Part shown: piece by piece, positions 1-9,800 of the stretch
Numbering within the stretch: the first letter of the stretch is position 1
How the letters are laid out: every line of letters starts with the position of its first letter
Assembly (NCBI GenBank): GCA_963825055.1
Contig: CAWGSK010000012.1
Location: 256,001 to 320,000, forward strand
DNA from: an uncultured Gemmatimonadales bacterium
GTDB taxonomy: Bacteria; Gemmatimonadota; Gemmatimonadetes; Gemmatimonadales; GWC2-71-9
DNA length: 64,000 nt
Direction of reading: 5' to 3'
Notes under the pieces: generated by a model
What the model saw: only the letters and a program-made list of their open reading frames with translations
The model's database searches: none
Told to the model about the DNA's origin: nothing
Made by a program: the position numbers and the translations under genes

Positions 1-470
1 CGCTGGCGCTGGCCGCCGAGGGGTCCTTCGACGCGGTGGTCGGCATTGACACGTCGCCGGGAGCGCTGGCACTCGCCCGCCAGAATCGGGAGTGGACCAG
101 CCTGCCCGTGCGGCTGGTCCAGGCGGACCTCTGCTCACCCCTGGCCTCCCGCGCGTACGACCTGGTCGTGGCCAATCCTCCGTACCTGACGGAGGGGGAA
201 TACGCCCGGCTGGATTCATCCGTCCGTGACTGGGAGCCGCGCGAAGCACTGGCCAGCGGTCCGGACGGGCTCGAGACAACCCGCCGCCTGGTGGACGAAG
301 CGCGCCGGCCCCTCCAGGCGGGAGGCTGGCTCGTGCTCGAGCTGGACAGCGCCCGTGCGGAAGCGAGCGCGGCGCTGGCGCGCCGGGCGGGGTGGGAATT
401 CGTGGAAGTGCATGACGATCTCTTTGGCCGTGCGCGGTATCTCACCGCGCGCAGGAGTGAAATAACATGA
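1..470 (+). CDS. prmC: Release factor glutamine methyltransferase (HemK/PrmC), 5' truncated by window edge
   Basis: VGIDTS..ALALAR SAM-binding region, DLVVANPPY motif, EPREALASGPDG and DLFGRARY C-terminal motifs. Confidence 0.9.
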   Translation, partial: LALAAEGSFDAVVGIDTSPGALALARQNREWTSLPVRLVQADLCSPLASRAYDLVVANPPYLTEGEYARLDSSVRDWEPREALASGPDGLETTRRLVDEARRPLQAGGWLVLELDSARAEASAALARRAGWEFVEVHDDLFGRARYLTARRSEIT

Positions 471-820
471 TGTGGGACAAGGCACAGGAACTTGGGCGCC
501 TCATCGGACAGACCCCGGAGTGCAAGGCGCTGCGCCGCGCGGAGGCGAGCCTTCGCGAGGACAAGACGAGCCAGGATCTGCTGGAGACCATCCAGAAGCA
601 CGCTCGCACGCTGGAGCAGGCCATGGCGACGGGGCAGGAGCCGGACGAGGCGACGGCCCAGGCCTATGAGAAGGCCGTCCGCGACCTGGAACTGAGTACC
701 ACCGGTCAGGCCTACGTGGCCGCGCGCGCCAACTTCGAGAAGATCATGGTGAAGGTGAACCAGCAGATCAGCGAGGGCATCGAGAAGGGTGCCACGAGCA
801 ACATCATCACGCTGGGATGA
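467..820 (+). CDS. YlbF/YmcA (RicF/RicA-like) family regulator
   Basis: 117 aa all-helical; DKAQELGRLIGQTPE..ALRRAE..LRED N-terminus typical of the family; ATGA coupling to both neighbours. Confidence 0.7.
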   Translation: MMWDKAQELGRLIGQTPECKALRRAEASLREDKTSQDLLETIQKHARTLEQAMATGQEPDEATAQAYEKAVRDLELSTTGQAYVAARANFEKIMVKVNQQISEGIEKGATSNIITLG

Positions 821-1452
821 GCGGGACGTTCCTGGTCGTCGAGGGCCCTGACGGGGCGGGCAAGTCCACGCTCGTGTCCGCGCTTGCCGCGCGCCTGCGC
901 GAGGCTGGCATCGAGCCTGTCCTGGTCCGGGAGCCGGGCGGCACCCCGGCGGCCGAGCGCATCCGCGAGGCGATCCTCGAAGCCGGGGGGCAATTCGAGG
1001 CCGAGACCGAGCTTCTGTTCATCGCCGCGGCGCGGGCCCATGTGGTGGAGTCCGTCATCCGGCCCGCCCTCGCGCTGGACCGGGTTGTTCTGAGCGACCG
1101 CTACGCGCTGTCCACGGACGCCTACCAGGGCGCCGGGCGCGGCATCCCGGCCGACGTGGTTCACACGGTGAACGCCTGCGCGACCCGTGGTCTCCAGCCG
1201 GACCTGACTATCATCCTCGATGTCTCGCCCGACGTGGGGAAGGCGCGCCAGCTGGCGGGCGGAAAGTCGCTCGACCGGCTGGACCAGGAGGACCTCTCCT
1301 TCCGCCGGCGGGTGGCCGACGCCTATCTGGCGGCACGGGGGGAAGGGGTGCGACATTTGGATGGCACCCTGCCGGTGGATGTGCTCGTAGACCTGGCGTG
1401 GGAAGCCATCGTCGGGACGGGCGTCACAACGCCCCGAACGGCTCAGGGTTAA
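817..1452 (+). CDS. tmk: Thymidylate kinase
   Basis: VVEGPDGAGKST P-loop, REPGGT, LSDRY, PDLTIILD. Confidence 0.95.
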   Translation: MSGTFLVVEGPDGAGKSTLVSALAARLREAGIEPVLVREPGGTPAAERIREAILEAGGQFEAETELLFIAAARAHVVESVIRPALALDRVVLSDRYALSTDAYQGAGRGIPADVVHTVNACATRGLQPDLTIILDVSPDVGKARQLAGGKSLDRLDQEDLSFRRRVADAYLAARGEGVRHLDGTLPVDVLVDLAWEAIVGTGVTTPRTAQG

Positions 1453-1519
1453 GATTGATCAGGTACGGCGGGAGGGCCGGACGGGGGTCGTCCGGAGCCG
1501 CCCGCCTCTGGAGGTGTAC

Positions 1520-3154
1520 ATGCGGCAACGGTGGGGAGTGATCGCGGTCGTTGCGGTGCTGGCGTTCCTGAGCGGCGGCTGGCTCATGCAGCGCGGGGCC
1601 GCGACCGGCGGCAACGTCTACCAGCAGGCCCGGCTGTTCGACGACGTGCTTGCGCACGTGAACCAGTATTACGTCGACTCCATCGGCGAATCCACGCTCT
1701 ACCGGAAGGCCACCGACGGCCTCCTGAGCGAACTGCACGATCCCTACTCGGAACTCCTCGTCGATACCACCTACCGCCAGCTGACAGAAACGCTGGGCGG
1801 CAACTACGGCGGCCTCGGCATTCAGATTGACGTACGCGACAAGTTCATTACCGTTGTCGCGCCGCTTCCCGATACGCCCGCCGAACGGGCCGGCATCGAG
1901 ACCGGAGACCGGATCGTCGAGGTGGACGGCAAGTCCACCGAGGGCTGGAGCAGCGACGAGGCCGTGAATGTCCTTCGGGGGCCGCCAGGCTCCACCGTTC
2001 GCCTGTCGGTCGAGCGGGCCGGGGTGGCCTCACCCCTCACGTTTACCCTGGAACGGGCCCGGATTCACGTGCGCTCCGTCCCGGCCGGCACCATCTTCCC
2101 CGGTGGCATCGGCTACATCTCGCTCAACCCGGTGGCCGAGAGTTCGCCGGACGAGCTGCGGGACGAAGTGGTGGCGATGCAGAAGAAGGGCATGACGTCC
2201 ATGGTCCTGGACCTCCGGGGCAATCCGGGCGGCCTGCTGGAGCAGGGGGTGGACGTTGCCGACCTCTTCCTTGATCCGAAGCAGGAAATCGTGTCCACCC
2301 GCGGCCGTGCGCGTGGATCGACGCGGGAATTCGATGACAGCCGGCCCCAGCAGTGGCCGGACCTCCCCATCGTGGTGCTGGTCAACGAGGGTACGGCCAG
2401 CGCGGCGGAGATCATCGCCGGCGCGCTGCAGGATCATGATCGTGCCGTCGTTGTGGGCACGCCGACGTTCGGCAAGGGCCTGGTGCAGACGCTCTTCACG
2501 CTGGGCGAGGACGTGGCGCTCAAGCTCACGACCGCCCGCTGGTACACGCCGAGCGGCCGCACCATCCAGCGCCAGGCGGCGGACATCGAAGACCAGCTCG
2601 CCCTGGCGGAGAACGAGGCCCAGGGAATCGAGGACACCCTGCATGCCCCCGTCGACACCGCGAAACTGCCGGCCTACCACACCGACGCCGGGCGCGTGGT
2701 GCGGGGCGGGGGCGGTATCGTGCCCGACATCATCGTCCGGCGCGACACGCTCACGGCCGACGAGCGCAAGTTCGTCGCGGCGATCGGGCCGAAGATCCCG
2801 GAGTACCGGGATGTGCTCACGGCGTTCGCCCTGGACATGAAGCGCCAGGGGCGGGTGACCGCCGAAGACTTCCAGGTGACGCCGGAGATGCTCCAGGACG
2901 TCCGTCGCCGGCTCACCGCCCGTGGCGTGAACATCAGCGAGGCCGACTTCCAGGGCGCCAACCGCATCCTGCGGGAGCAGTTGTCCTATGAGGTCGCGCG
3001 CTACGTGTTCAGTCGCGAGGCGGAATTCCGCCGTCGCGCGCGCGACGACCAGCAGCTCCAGACCGGGATCGACCTGCTGCGGCGGGCCTCGTCGCCGAAG
3101 GACCTGATGCAGCTGTCCATGGCGGAGCGATCCGGGGCGCCGTCCAGCCATTGA
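1520..3154 (+). CDS. ctpA: Carboxyl-terminal processing protease, S41 family (PDZ + peptidase)
   Basis: GGAGG RBS before ATG 1520; N-terminal TM; YGGLGI PDZ entry, LDLRGNPGG, TASAAEI (Ser), TFGKGLVQ (Lys). Confidence 0.9.
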   Translation: MRQRWGVIAVVAVLAFLSGGWLMQRGAATGGNVYQQARLFDDVLAHVNQYYVDSIGESTLYRKATDGLLSELHDPYSELLVDTTYRQLTETLGGNYGGLGIQIDVRDKFITVVAPLPDTPAERAGIETGDRIVEVDGKSTEGWSSDEAVNVLRGPPGSTVRLSVERAGVASPLTFTLERARIHVRSVPAGTIFPGGIGYISLNPVAESSPDELRDEVVAMQKKGMTSMVLDLRGNPGGLLEQGVDVADLFLDPKQEIVSTRGRARGSTREFDDSRPQQWPDLPIVVLVNEGTASAAEIIAGALQDHDRAVVVGTPTFGKGLVQTLFTLGEDVALKLTTARWYTPSGRTIQRQAADIEDQLALAENEAQGIEDTLHAPVDTAKLPAYHTDAGRVVRGGGGIVPDIIVRRDTLTADERKFVAAIGPKIPEYRDVLTAFALDMKRQGRVTAEDFQVTPEMLQDVRRRLTARGVNISEADFQGANRILREQLSYEVARYVFSREAEFRRRARDDQQLQTGIDLLRRASSPKDLMQLSMAERSGAPSSH

Positions 3155-3166
3155 GCCACCGCACCG

Positions 3167-3988
3167 GTGGCTGAGCTGCTCGGGGCCTTCGGCGTCGGGC
3201 TGCTCGTCGGCGCGATCTCGGCCCTGACGGGCATCGGAGGCGGGGTCATCATGGTTCCGTTCCTCTACCTGGTCTACAGTGGCTCACCGTATTCCCTCAC
3301 CGCCCAGACTGTCGTGGCCCACGCCACCAGTCTGGGCGTCGCCAGTGTGACGGCCTCGGTCGGCACGTGGCGTTACCACCGGCGCCAGGCCATCGACTGG
3401 GCGGCGGGGCTCACCTACGCGATTCCCGCTGTCGTCACCGCCTTCCTGACCGCACGTGTCCTGTCCACGCTGGACGAGGCGACCTGGGTGCGCGGGGCGT
3501 TCGGGGTCATGCTGATCGTCGCCGCGGCCGACATGGCGCGCCGCGCCTGGCGTCACGACCCTGAGCAGCTGGAGATCCCGCGGTCGGGGCGTCCACCCGC
3601 CCTGCTGGGCCTGATCGGCGCCATTGGCGGCGTCCTGACCAGCGCGCTGGGGATCGGTGGTGGTCTTCTCGCGCTGCCCTCGCTGCTCTACGTCGGCAGG
3701 CTGCCCGTGCGGCAGGTCGCCCCCACCTCGTTGATGACCGTGTTCCTGGCCACCCTGGCTGGTGTTTCGGGCTACGCCCTCTCCTCCGGGGCACCGGCAG
3801 TGTCGGGCGCCATGGCCGGCTTTCTCGACCTGCGGCTGGCCCTCCCCCTCGCGCTGGGGGCCGTCTGCACCGTGCCGCTGGGCGTCTGGCTCAACCGGGC
3901 GTCCCGGCCGGTCACCCTGTATGTCGTGTTCGCCGTGCTGCTCTCCGTGCTGGGGGCACGCCTCGCCTGGCAGGGGTTCGGGCTGTGA
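3167..3988 (+). CDS. Sulfite exporter TauE/SafE family membrane protein
   Basis: Two repeats of GIGGG..VP/LP..L followed by A.ATSL/PTSL; multiple hydrophobic segments. Confidence 0.85.
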   Translation: MAELLGAFGVGLLVGAISALTGIGGGVIMVPFLYLVYSGSPYSLTAQTVVAHATSLGVASVTASVGTWRYHRRQAIDWAAGLTYAIPAVVTAFLTARVLSTLDEATWVRGAFGVMLIVAAADMARRAWRHDPEQLEIPRSGRPPALLGLIGAIGGVLTSALGIGGGLLALPSLLYVGRLPVRQVAPTSLMTVFLATLAGVSGYALSSGAPAVSGAMAGFLDLRLALPLALGAVCTVPLGVWLNRASRPVTLYVVFAVLLSVLGARLAWQGFGL

Positions 3989-4836
3989 GCGACATGATCG
4001 CTATCGTCGGCCCGGGACGCATGGGGCAGGGGCTCGGGCTGGCGCTCGTCGTTTCGGGCGCCGAAGTCCGCATTCTTGGACGCCGGCGGCGGGAGATGGC
4101 TGGCGGGCTCCGGCTGGTGACCCGTGACTGGCGCCCGGTTCTGACGGAAACCGATCTGGTGCTCGTGGCGACCCGGGACGACGCGATTGCCAACGCCGCC
4201 AAGGACCTGGCCGACCTCGCCGTGCTCGGCGGGCGGCACACGGTCCTGCATCTCTCCGGCAGGCTTGGCCGGAGCGCCCTGGCGCCGCTGGAGCGCACCG
4301 GGGCGTCCCTCGGCAGCCTGCATCCCCTCCAGACTATCGCCGATCCGCTCACGGCCCCGGCACGCCTCCGGGGCGTCTTTGCCGCAGTGGAGGGTGACGA
4401 CCGGGCCCGGGAGGCCGCGACGGCCCTGTGCGGTCGCCTGGGGATGCGTCCGGTGGAGGTGGATGAGGCAGGGAAGCCCGCGTACCACGCCGGCGCGGCC
4501 GTGCTGGCCAACTACACGGTCACCCTGGCCGACCTGGCCTCGCGGCTGGCGGAGCAGGCCGGGGTGGCTCCCGAAGTGGCCCACATGATGTACCTGCCGC
4601 TGTTGTCGGGAGTGCTGCAGAACCTGGAGTCCATGCCACCGGCCGATGCACTCACCGGACCGATCCGCCGGGGCGACGTTGACACGGTCAAGGCGCACCT
4701 CGCCGGTCTGGACGAAGCCGAGCGGGAACTCTACCTGGTGCTGGGGCGTGCCACGCTGAGGCTCGCGGTGCGTGGCGGACTGGATCGGGAGGCGGCGGTG
4801 GCGGTGGGGGAGGTGTTGGGGGTGGAGGAGGTCTAG
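3985..4836 (+). CDS. Rossmann-like + DUF2520 oxidoreductase (PanG-like ketopantoate reductase candidate)
   Basis: IVGPGRMG, VLHLSG, SLHPLQT, YHAGAA..AN, ALTGPIRRGD motifs. Confidence 0.85.
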   Translation: MSDMIAIVGPGRMGQGLGLALVVSGAEVRILGRRRREMAGGLRLVTRDWRPVLTETDLVLVATRDDAIANAAKDLADLAVLGGRHTVLHLSGRLGRSALAPLERTGASLGSLHPLQTIADPLTAPARLRGVFAAVEGDDRAREAATALCGRLGMRPVEVDEAGKPAYHAGAAVLANYTVTLADLASRLAEQAGVAPEVAHMMYLPLLSGVLQNLESMPPADALTGPIRRGDVDTVKAHLAGLDEAERELYLVLGRATLRLAVRGGLDREAAVAVGEVLGVEEV

Positions 4837-4837
4837 G

Positions 4838-4929
4838 GGTCGAAAGGTCGAGAGGTCCAGGGTCGAGAGGTCAGGAGAGCCGGAGTACTCGACTCCTCGA
4901 CTGCTCGACTTCTCGACTTCTTGACCTCT
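4838..4929. repeat. Inverted pair of octamer tandem arrays, family A (GGTCGAGA ~5 units / CTCGACYN ~5 units)
   Basis: 4838-4876 ggtcgaaa ggtcgaga ggtccag ggtcgaga ggtcagga; 4888-4929 ctcgactc ctcgactg ctcgactt ctcgactt cttgacct; fills the gap between two convergent stop codons. Confidence 0.9.
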
Positions 4930-5574
4930 CTACGGCTCTACCACCCTCACACCGCTCGGCACCTTGAATACGAAAGCCGACTTGCTGACCGTCCGGTTCG
5001 TCTGCACGCCGGCCAGTGTCACCGTGCGGCTGGCCCGCGCCCCCTCCTCCACTTCCACCCGCCGGGGGAGGTGGTCTCCCCGGTCAATCCAGATGGTGGC
5101 GGCCCGGAAGGGCAGCGACGAGTCCTTCGGAACAAGGCGCAATACGTCTGTCTGGCGTCCGCCCACCGGTTCCACGCGCAGCCAGGTCGAGTCATAGCGT
5201 TCGTTGGGGCGATCCAGGAACCAGGCAATCACATTGGGGCCGGCGCTCGGGCTTTCGGGGGCGGGGTAGCGGAGCACCTGGCCGGGCGTGGAGCTCGGCG
5301 TGTACACCCAGAGGTGCTCTCCGTCCAGCACGATTGCTTCGCCGTCGGGATCGGTGAAGTGCATGGCAAACCGGTTCTCGCCGGTCTGCATGAGCCGGCC
5401 CCGGCTCTCCATGGCGCCCGACATGTCCTCGATGCGCTGCGTGAAGTCCGCGCTGAATGAGCTGAGGGCCTTGTATGTACGGGCGGCCTCGGCCAGGATC
5501 GCCTGCGGGTCCTGAGCGCGAAGCGGCCCGGCAACCATCGCCAGGCCGGCTGCGGCAAGGATGTATGACCTCAT
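4930..5574 (-). CDS. lolA: Outer membrane lipoprotein carrier protein LolA
   Basis: Signal peptide (..LRA-QDP), FSADFTQ, F...FTDPDGEAIVLDGEHLWVY, F.FKVPSGV; start taken at MRSYIL. Confidence 0.85.
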   Translation of the reverse strand: MRSYILAAAGLAMVAGPLRAQDPQAILAEAARTYKALSSFSADFTQRIEDMSGAMESRGRLMQTGENRFAMHFTDPDGEAIVLDGEHLWVYTPSSTPGQVLRYPAPESPSAGPNVIAWFLDRPNERYDSTWLRVEPVGGRQTDVLRLVPKDSSLPFRAATIWIDRGDHLPRRVEVEEGARASRTVTLAGVQTNRTVSKSAFVFKVPSGVRVVEP

Positions 5575-5589
5575 TCGAACTCCGATTCT

Positions 5590-5617
5590 CCGACTCAACG
5601 ACTTACGACTCAACGAA
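5590..5617. repeat. Short octamer array, family B (TCAACGAC)
   Basis: cgactcaacgacttacgactcaacgaac between aroF and lolA. Confidence 0.75.
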
Positions 5618-5627
5618 CGGCTGGCAT

Positions 5628-5648
5628 GGGCGGTGCCACCGCCCCTAC
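5628..5648 (-). repeat. GTAG-type REP-like hairpin overlapping the aroF stop
   Basis: Minus strand GTAG-GGGCGGT-GGC-ACCGCCC; shares GTAGGGGCGG with copies at 11799 and 11842. Confidence 0.55.
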
Positions 5649-6685
5649 GATTGGACTCCCACCGGCTCCGCCACCCGCCGCCCGATCGCCTCGGCGATGA
5701 CGCGCACCTCGCGCATCATGTGATCGAACTGCGCGGGGTAGAGGCTTTGCGCCCCGTCCGACATCGCGCGATCCGGCGTCGGGTGCACCTCAACCAGGAT
5801 GCCGTCGGCCCCGGCAGCGACCGCCGCGCGCGCCATCGGGATCACCATGTCACGCTGGCCCGTACCGTGGCTCGGGTCGGCGATGATCGGCAGGTGCGAG
5901 AGACCGTGCACCAGCGCGATCGCCGACAGGTCCAGCAGGTTTCGCGTCATCGTGTCGAAGCTGCGGATGCCGCGCTCGCACAGGATGACGTTCGGATTGC
6001 CTTCCGCCAGAATGTACTCGGCGGACAGCAGCCACTCCTGGATGGTGGCCGAGAGCCCGCGCTTCAGGAGCACCGGCTTGCCGGAACGGCCCGCCTGCTT
6101 GAGCAGGGAGTAGTTCTGCATGTTCCGGGCCCCGATCTGGATGATGTCGGCCCTGGCCGCCACCATGTCCAGCGAGTCTGCGTCGAGTGCCTCCGTGACG
6201 ATCAGGAGGCCCGTTTCCTCGCGCGCCCGGACGAGGAGATCCAGCCCGGGCATGCCCAGCCCCTGGAACGAGTAGGGCGAGGTCCGCGGCTTGTAGGCCC
6301 CGGCCCGGAGCACCGTAGCCCCGGCATCACGCACCTGCCGTGCCGCCGTCAGGATCTGCTCCTCACTCTCCACCGAGCAGGGCCCGGCCATGACCACGAT
6401 GTCCGTCCCGCCGACGGTCAGGCCGCCGGGCAGGGGGACGATGGTGGACTCCGGCTTCCACTCTCTCGAGACCTGCTTGTACGGCTTGGTGACGTGGATC
6501 ACCTCCTGCACGCCCGGAAGGGCCGACAGGCGGCTGGAATCCACCCGGCCGTCGTTCCCGACCACGCCCACGCTCGTCCGCTGTTTCCCGGGCATGGGCC
6601 GTGCCTGGTAGCCGAGTTCCTGGATGGTCTCGACGACTCGCTGGATGTCTTCCTGGGGCGCATCGCGCCGCATGACTACGAGCAA
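5645..6685 (-). CDS. aroF: 3-deoxy-7-phosphoheptulonate (DAHP) synthase, type I-beta with N-terminal regulatory domain
   Basis: MAGPCSVE, RAGAYKPRTSPYSFQG, QIGARNMQN, LLKRG, CERGIR, DPSHG, EVHP..A.SDG. Confidence 0.95.
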   Translation of the reverse strand: MLVVMRRDAPQEDIQRVVETIQELGYQARPMPGKQRTSVGVVGNDGRVDSSRLSALPGVQEVIHVTKPYKQVSREWKPESTIVPLPGGLTVGGTDIVVMAGPCSVESEEQILTAARQVRDAGATVLRAGAYKPRTSPYSFQGLGMPGLDLLVRAREETGLLIVTEALDADSLDMVAARADIIQIGARNMQNYSLLKQAGRSGKPVLLKRGLSATIQEWLLSAEYILAEGNPNVILCERGIRSFDTMTRNLLDLSAIALVHGLSHLPIIADPSHGTGQRDMVIPMARAAVAAGADGILVEVHPTPDRAMSDGAQSLYPAQFDHMMREVRVIAEAIGRRVAEPVGVQS

Positions 6686-6720
6686 GGGGTACCCTGTTGG
6701 TGACGGGGAAAATCTAATAG

Positions 6721-6864
6721 AGTCGAGGGGTCCAGAGGTCGAGCAGTCGAGTGGTTTCGGCCTCCAGACCTCTCGACCCCTCGACCTCTCGACCGTTCGA
6801 CCTCTCGACTTCTCGACTTCTCGGCTTCTCGGCTTCTCGACCTCTCGACCTCTCGACCTCCGAC
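6721..6864. repeat. Inverted pair of octamer arrays, family A (4 units GGTCGAG-like, then ~12-13 units CTCGACCT-like)
   Basis: 6721-6752 agtcgagg ggtccaga ggtcgagc agtcgagt; 6764-6864 ccagacct ctcgaccc ctcgacct ctcgaccg ttcgacct ctcgactt x2 ctcggctt x2 ctcgacct x3; abuts the smc stop. Confidence 0.92.
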
Positions 6865-9800
6865 TTAGACGTTCACGTCTTCGTGCTCATGCAACCGCAC
6901 GCCCACAATGGAGGACACTCCGGGTTCCTGCATGGTGACACCATAGACGGCGTCCGCTGACTGCATGGTCCGGGGGTTGTGCGTGATGACGATGAACTGC
7001 GTATCCGCCTTGAACTCCTCCAGCAGCCGGGTAAAGCGCCCGACATTGGAGTCATCCAGCGGCGCGTCCACCTCGTCCATCAGGCAGAAGGGGCTCGGCT
7101 TGCTGAGGTAGATGCTGAAGAGCAGCGAGGTCGCCACCAGGGTCCGCTCGCCGGAACTCAAGAGGTGAATCCGCTGCGTCCGCTTGCCCCGGGGGGCGGC
7201 ATGGATGTCGATCTCGCTCTCGAGCGGGTCATCCGGATTTGCCAGGCGGAGAGCGCATTCGCCGCCGCCAAAGAGGGTCTGGAACACCTCGCTGAAATTG
7301 TCCTGAATGGCCTCGAACGTCTCGAGGAACATCGTGCGGGCGGTCCCGTCGATCTCGCGGATGGCCTGCTGAAGTGACTGGCGGCCCGCGACCAGGTCGT
7401 CACGTTGCGTGGTGAGGAAATCGAGCCGCTTTACCTCCTCGGCGTGCTCCTCCACCGCCAGCGGATTGACCAGCCCGATCTGCTCGAGCCCCGCGACGAT
7501 CCGCTCGGATTCGGCCTGGAGGGTCTCCAGGTCAAGGTCCAGCATCGGCGCCTCAGCGAAGAGCGCGTCAATCGGCTTCTTCCATTCTGCCTCCACCCGC
7601 TCCACGATGGAGCGCCGGCGGGCATTCGACTCTGCGACCTCCAGCTCGAGGCGGTGGTGTTCCTCGTTCAGCGCTTCGAGGGTGTGGCGAGACGCCGAGA
7701 GTTCCGACTCGACCGCCGTCAGCGTGTCGTCGGCCCGAGCCAGCTCCTGCTCGGCGTCGGCACTGGCAGCCTCGAACTCGAGCAGCGCCACCTGGCGTTC
7801 CGCCCGCGATTCCTTCCACTGCTGCTGCTGCTCCTCCAGCGCGCCGGCATCGAGCCCGAGGCGATCCAGCTCGGCTGCCAGGGCCTCCGCCTGCCGCAAC
7901 GCTTCCGCCCCGGTGGTCTCCGCGCGCTCAAGGCGCTCGTCGAGCGCCTGGAGCCGGGCGGCAATCTGTCCGCTCTGCACCTGCCAGTGCACCCGCTCCT
8001 CGCGCGCGCTCTCCTGCTCGCGCTCAAGCTCGGACAGCGCCCCCCGTGCCTCGCCCAACTGTTCCTCGAGGCGGGCGCGGGCCAGGGAACCATCGGTGAG
8101 GGCTTCGTCGATCTCGGACAGGCGGCGCTCGCTCTTTTCCGCGCGCTCTGTAAGCGTCGCCAGCTGGGCCGTGGCTTCCTGAAGCTCGCGCTCGAGGTTC
8201 TGGGCCAGCCGCGCCGCATCCTCCCGAGCCGCCACACCCAGCCGCTCCTCCCCGCGGGCCTCTTCGGCTGCCGCGGCAGTGCGCTCCACGCCGGTTTCGG
8301 CGTCAGCGAGCTTCGCCAGGGTCTCCTGCAGCGTGGCCTCCGCCGCGGCGCGGCGCTGGCCGGCCTGCGCGACATCGTCGGTCAGGCTCTGCAGCTCCGC
8401 ACGACGGCGGAGCGGGCCCGACGGGGCAGGTGCGCCCGCGAGCAGGATGGAACCGTTGGCGCGCCGGAGCGCGTGACCGTCGCCCTCGATGGTCTCTGAG
8501 CCGCCCAGGAGAGCCCGGACCCAGTCGACTGCCGGGCCCTCCGCCCGGAGCCGGTCTCCCAGGGGATTCTGGCCCGTTGTTCCAGCCGGTCCGGGATTGA
8601 CGGGCAGCAGGACGATGGCCCCGGGCTGCGCCTCCGCGTGCCAGCGCCGGATGTCGGCCACCGCGCCGGTATCCCGGACGAGGACGGCGTGCACCCACTC
8701 GCCGAGCAGCCGCTCAGCCAGTTCCGCGTCCTGACGGGAGGTATTGAGGTAATCGCTCAGCGGGCCGAGGACAGCGCCGCCGAAGCGGTCCTTCGCGGCA
8801 AGGAGGGCCGCGGCACCGGGGGCGAGGCCGACGCGGTCACGCTCCAGTTCCTCCAGCGCGTGCCGGCGCGCGTCGAGCTGGGCCGCCAGTTCCTGTGCTT
8901 CGCGCAGCGACCCACGATCGTGCGCTTCCTGCCGGCGGAACTCGCCCAGAAGATGGCGGGCCTGTTCGGCATCGGCGACGGCCCGGCGCGCGGTCGCCGT
9001 GAGCCGTTCGGCGGATTCGGCAGCCTCGTTCCGGCGGGCCGTGGCATTCTGGAGATCGGATTCGAGAGTGGACCGTCTCGCCGAGATGTGACCCACCCGC
9101 TCCCGCAGGCTGGCAAGGTCGCTTTCGAGCGCCGTGCGCTCGCCTTCGAGCGAGCGGAGGGTCTGGACCTGCCGCTGGAGCTCCTCCTCCATGGACCGGA
9201 GCGCGGTGCGCTGTTCGCTGAGCCGGGTTCGTACGCCGTCCTCGGCGGTGCTCCGGGAGGCGAGCTCCCGCTCGATGGTCTCGCGCTCGGCCACCGCGGC
9301 CTCACGCTCTTCCCGGGCCCGCTCCTGCTCCCGCGCGGCCTGCTGCTGCCGTTCCTCCATGCCCTGCCGCTCATCCGTCGCCCGCAGCTTCCGTGACGCG
9401 GCATGCGAGAGACGCTCGGCCGCGAGGGCCAGGTCGCCGTCCAGCCGGCCGAGTTCCACCCGTGCCTCGGCCAGTCGGCGGCCAAGATCGGTGCGCCGGG
9501 ACTCCACGCTGCCGCGGGTGCGCGCGGCGTCCTCCCGCCGGTGTTCGAGCCCGGCGAGCTGCTCGCGGGTCTCCGGGAGGATGGCGCCCAGTTCCTCGCG
9601 GCGGGCCCTGATGGTGCCGAGCTGTTCCTCGAGGTCGTCGAGCAGGCGGCGCGCGAGCGTCAGCTGCACCGCGAACTTCTCTTCGGTGAGCTTGACGTGT
9701 CGCTCCGCCTTCCCCTTCTGCCTGGCCAGGCTCCGGATCTGGCTCTGCACCTCGGCGATGAGGTCCTCCACCCGCTGGAGATCCTGCGCGGTTTCCTCCA

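Noticed and set aside
6624..6960. Small ORFs with SRPLD/STSR peptide repeats
   Set aside because: Translations of the octamer array that overlap aroF/smc antisense; no RBS support.
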